From a virus, in IMG/VR virus record IMGVR_UViG_3300045988_042346: a stretch of 13,501 nucleotides of DNA; one strand, given 5' to 3'. Each line of letters opens with the position of its first letter. The first letter of the stretch is position 1. Positions 13,348 to 13,501 of this stretch are shown here, piece by piece. The notes under the pieces were generated by a model. It was not told the origin of the DNA. It saw nothing but the letters and a program-made list of their open reading frames with translations, and did not search any database. The position numbers and the translations under genes were made by a program.

Positions 13348-13453
13348 CACTCCCCTACCCTATGGGGGGCGTGGGCACTATATTTTGTGTCTATTGACAT
13401 TTTGCACAAAGTTTGTGCCGTTGGGGAAGAAAATTTTGTGCAATCTGCTATTA
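13348..13453. repeat. Right inverted terminal repeat (106 bp)
   Basis: Exact reverse complement of 49..154. Confidence 0.95.
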
Positions 13454-13501
13454 CTGTCTCTTATACACATCTCCGAGCCCACGAGACAAGAGGCAATCTC
13501 G
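13454..13501 (-). other. Illumina Nextera i7 adapter read-through (technical artefact)
   Basis: CTGTCTCTTATACACATCT-CCGAGCCCACGAGAC-AAGAGGCA-ATCTCG is the canonical Nextera read-through sequence with index read AAGAGGCA. It is the reverse complement of 1..48. Confidence 0.95.

Noticed and set aside
49-13453. Terminal inverted repeats interpreted as a transposon, casposon, pipolin or linear plasmid, or as a tectivirus (similar size and ITR length)
   Set aside because: There is no transposase, integrase or Cas1, and no target-site duplication context. The element encodes a full phi29-type virion module (gp8-like MCP, gp10-like connector, gp16-like ATPase) rather than a double-jelly-roll MCP with membrane proteins as in tectiviruses.
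1-13501. Search for tRNA, rRNA or recoded stop codons
   Set aside because: No cloverleaf-like sequence or rRNA-like stretch was seen in the few noncoding gaps. All 16 genes are intact under the standard code with TAA, TGA and TAG stops, so there is no sign of stop-codon reassignment.

Overview
This window is a whole adapter-flanked assembly of a small linear dsDNA phage genome, not a chromosomal fragment. Positions 1..48 and 13454..13501 are Illumina Nextera i7 adapter sequence (index TGCCTCTT) in inverted orientation and should be trimmed. The biological sequence is 49..13453 (13,405 bp), bounded by perfect 106-bp inverted terminal repeats (49..154 and 13348..13453, checked base by base). 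All 16 genes I can support lie on the minus strand and are read from the right ITR to the left ITR. Most have strong GGAGG-type Shine-Dalgarno sites, and several have overlapping stop/start junctions. In transcription order they are: a 58-aa acidic ORF absent from the supplied track, a 91-aa ORF, a phi29 p5-like SSB, a 76-aa ORF, a candidate terminal protein, a protein-primed family-B DNA polymerase, a phi29 gp16-like packaging ATPase, a holin, a 77-aa Cys/His-rich ORF, a Pro/Gln-rich scaffold candidate, a phi29 gp8-like major capsid protein, a gp9-like tail knob candidate, an M23 peptidase, a gp10-like connector, a lower-collar candidate and a beta-helix tailspike. The genome therefore looks like a miniature phi29-like (Picovirinae-type) podophage, about 6 kb smaller than phi29, probably infecting a Firmicutes host. 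Points worth a second look: the co-oriented and rearranged gene order, the absence of a dedicated endolysin and of a recognisable pRNA, a GC-rich three-helix structure at the ATPase/holin boundary, a compositionally mosaic tailspike and tail knob, an out-of-frame overlap between the terminal-protein candidate and the polymerase, three in-frame tandem repeats, and a motif-rich ITR. Homology statements rest on my recall of phi29 protein sequences and family motifs; no database search was possible.
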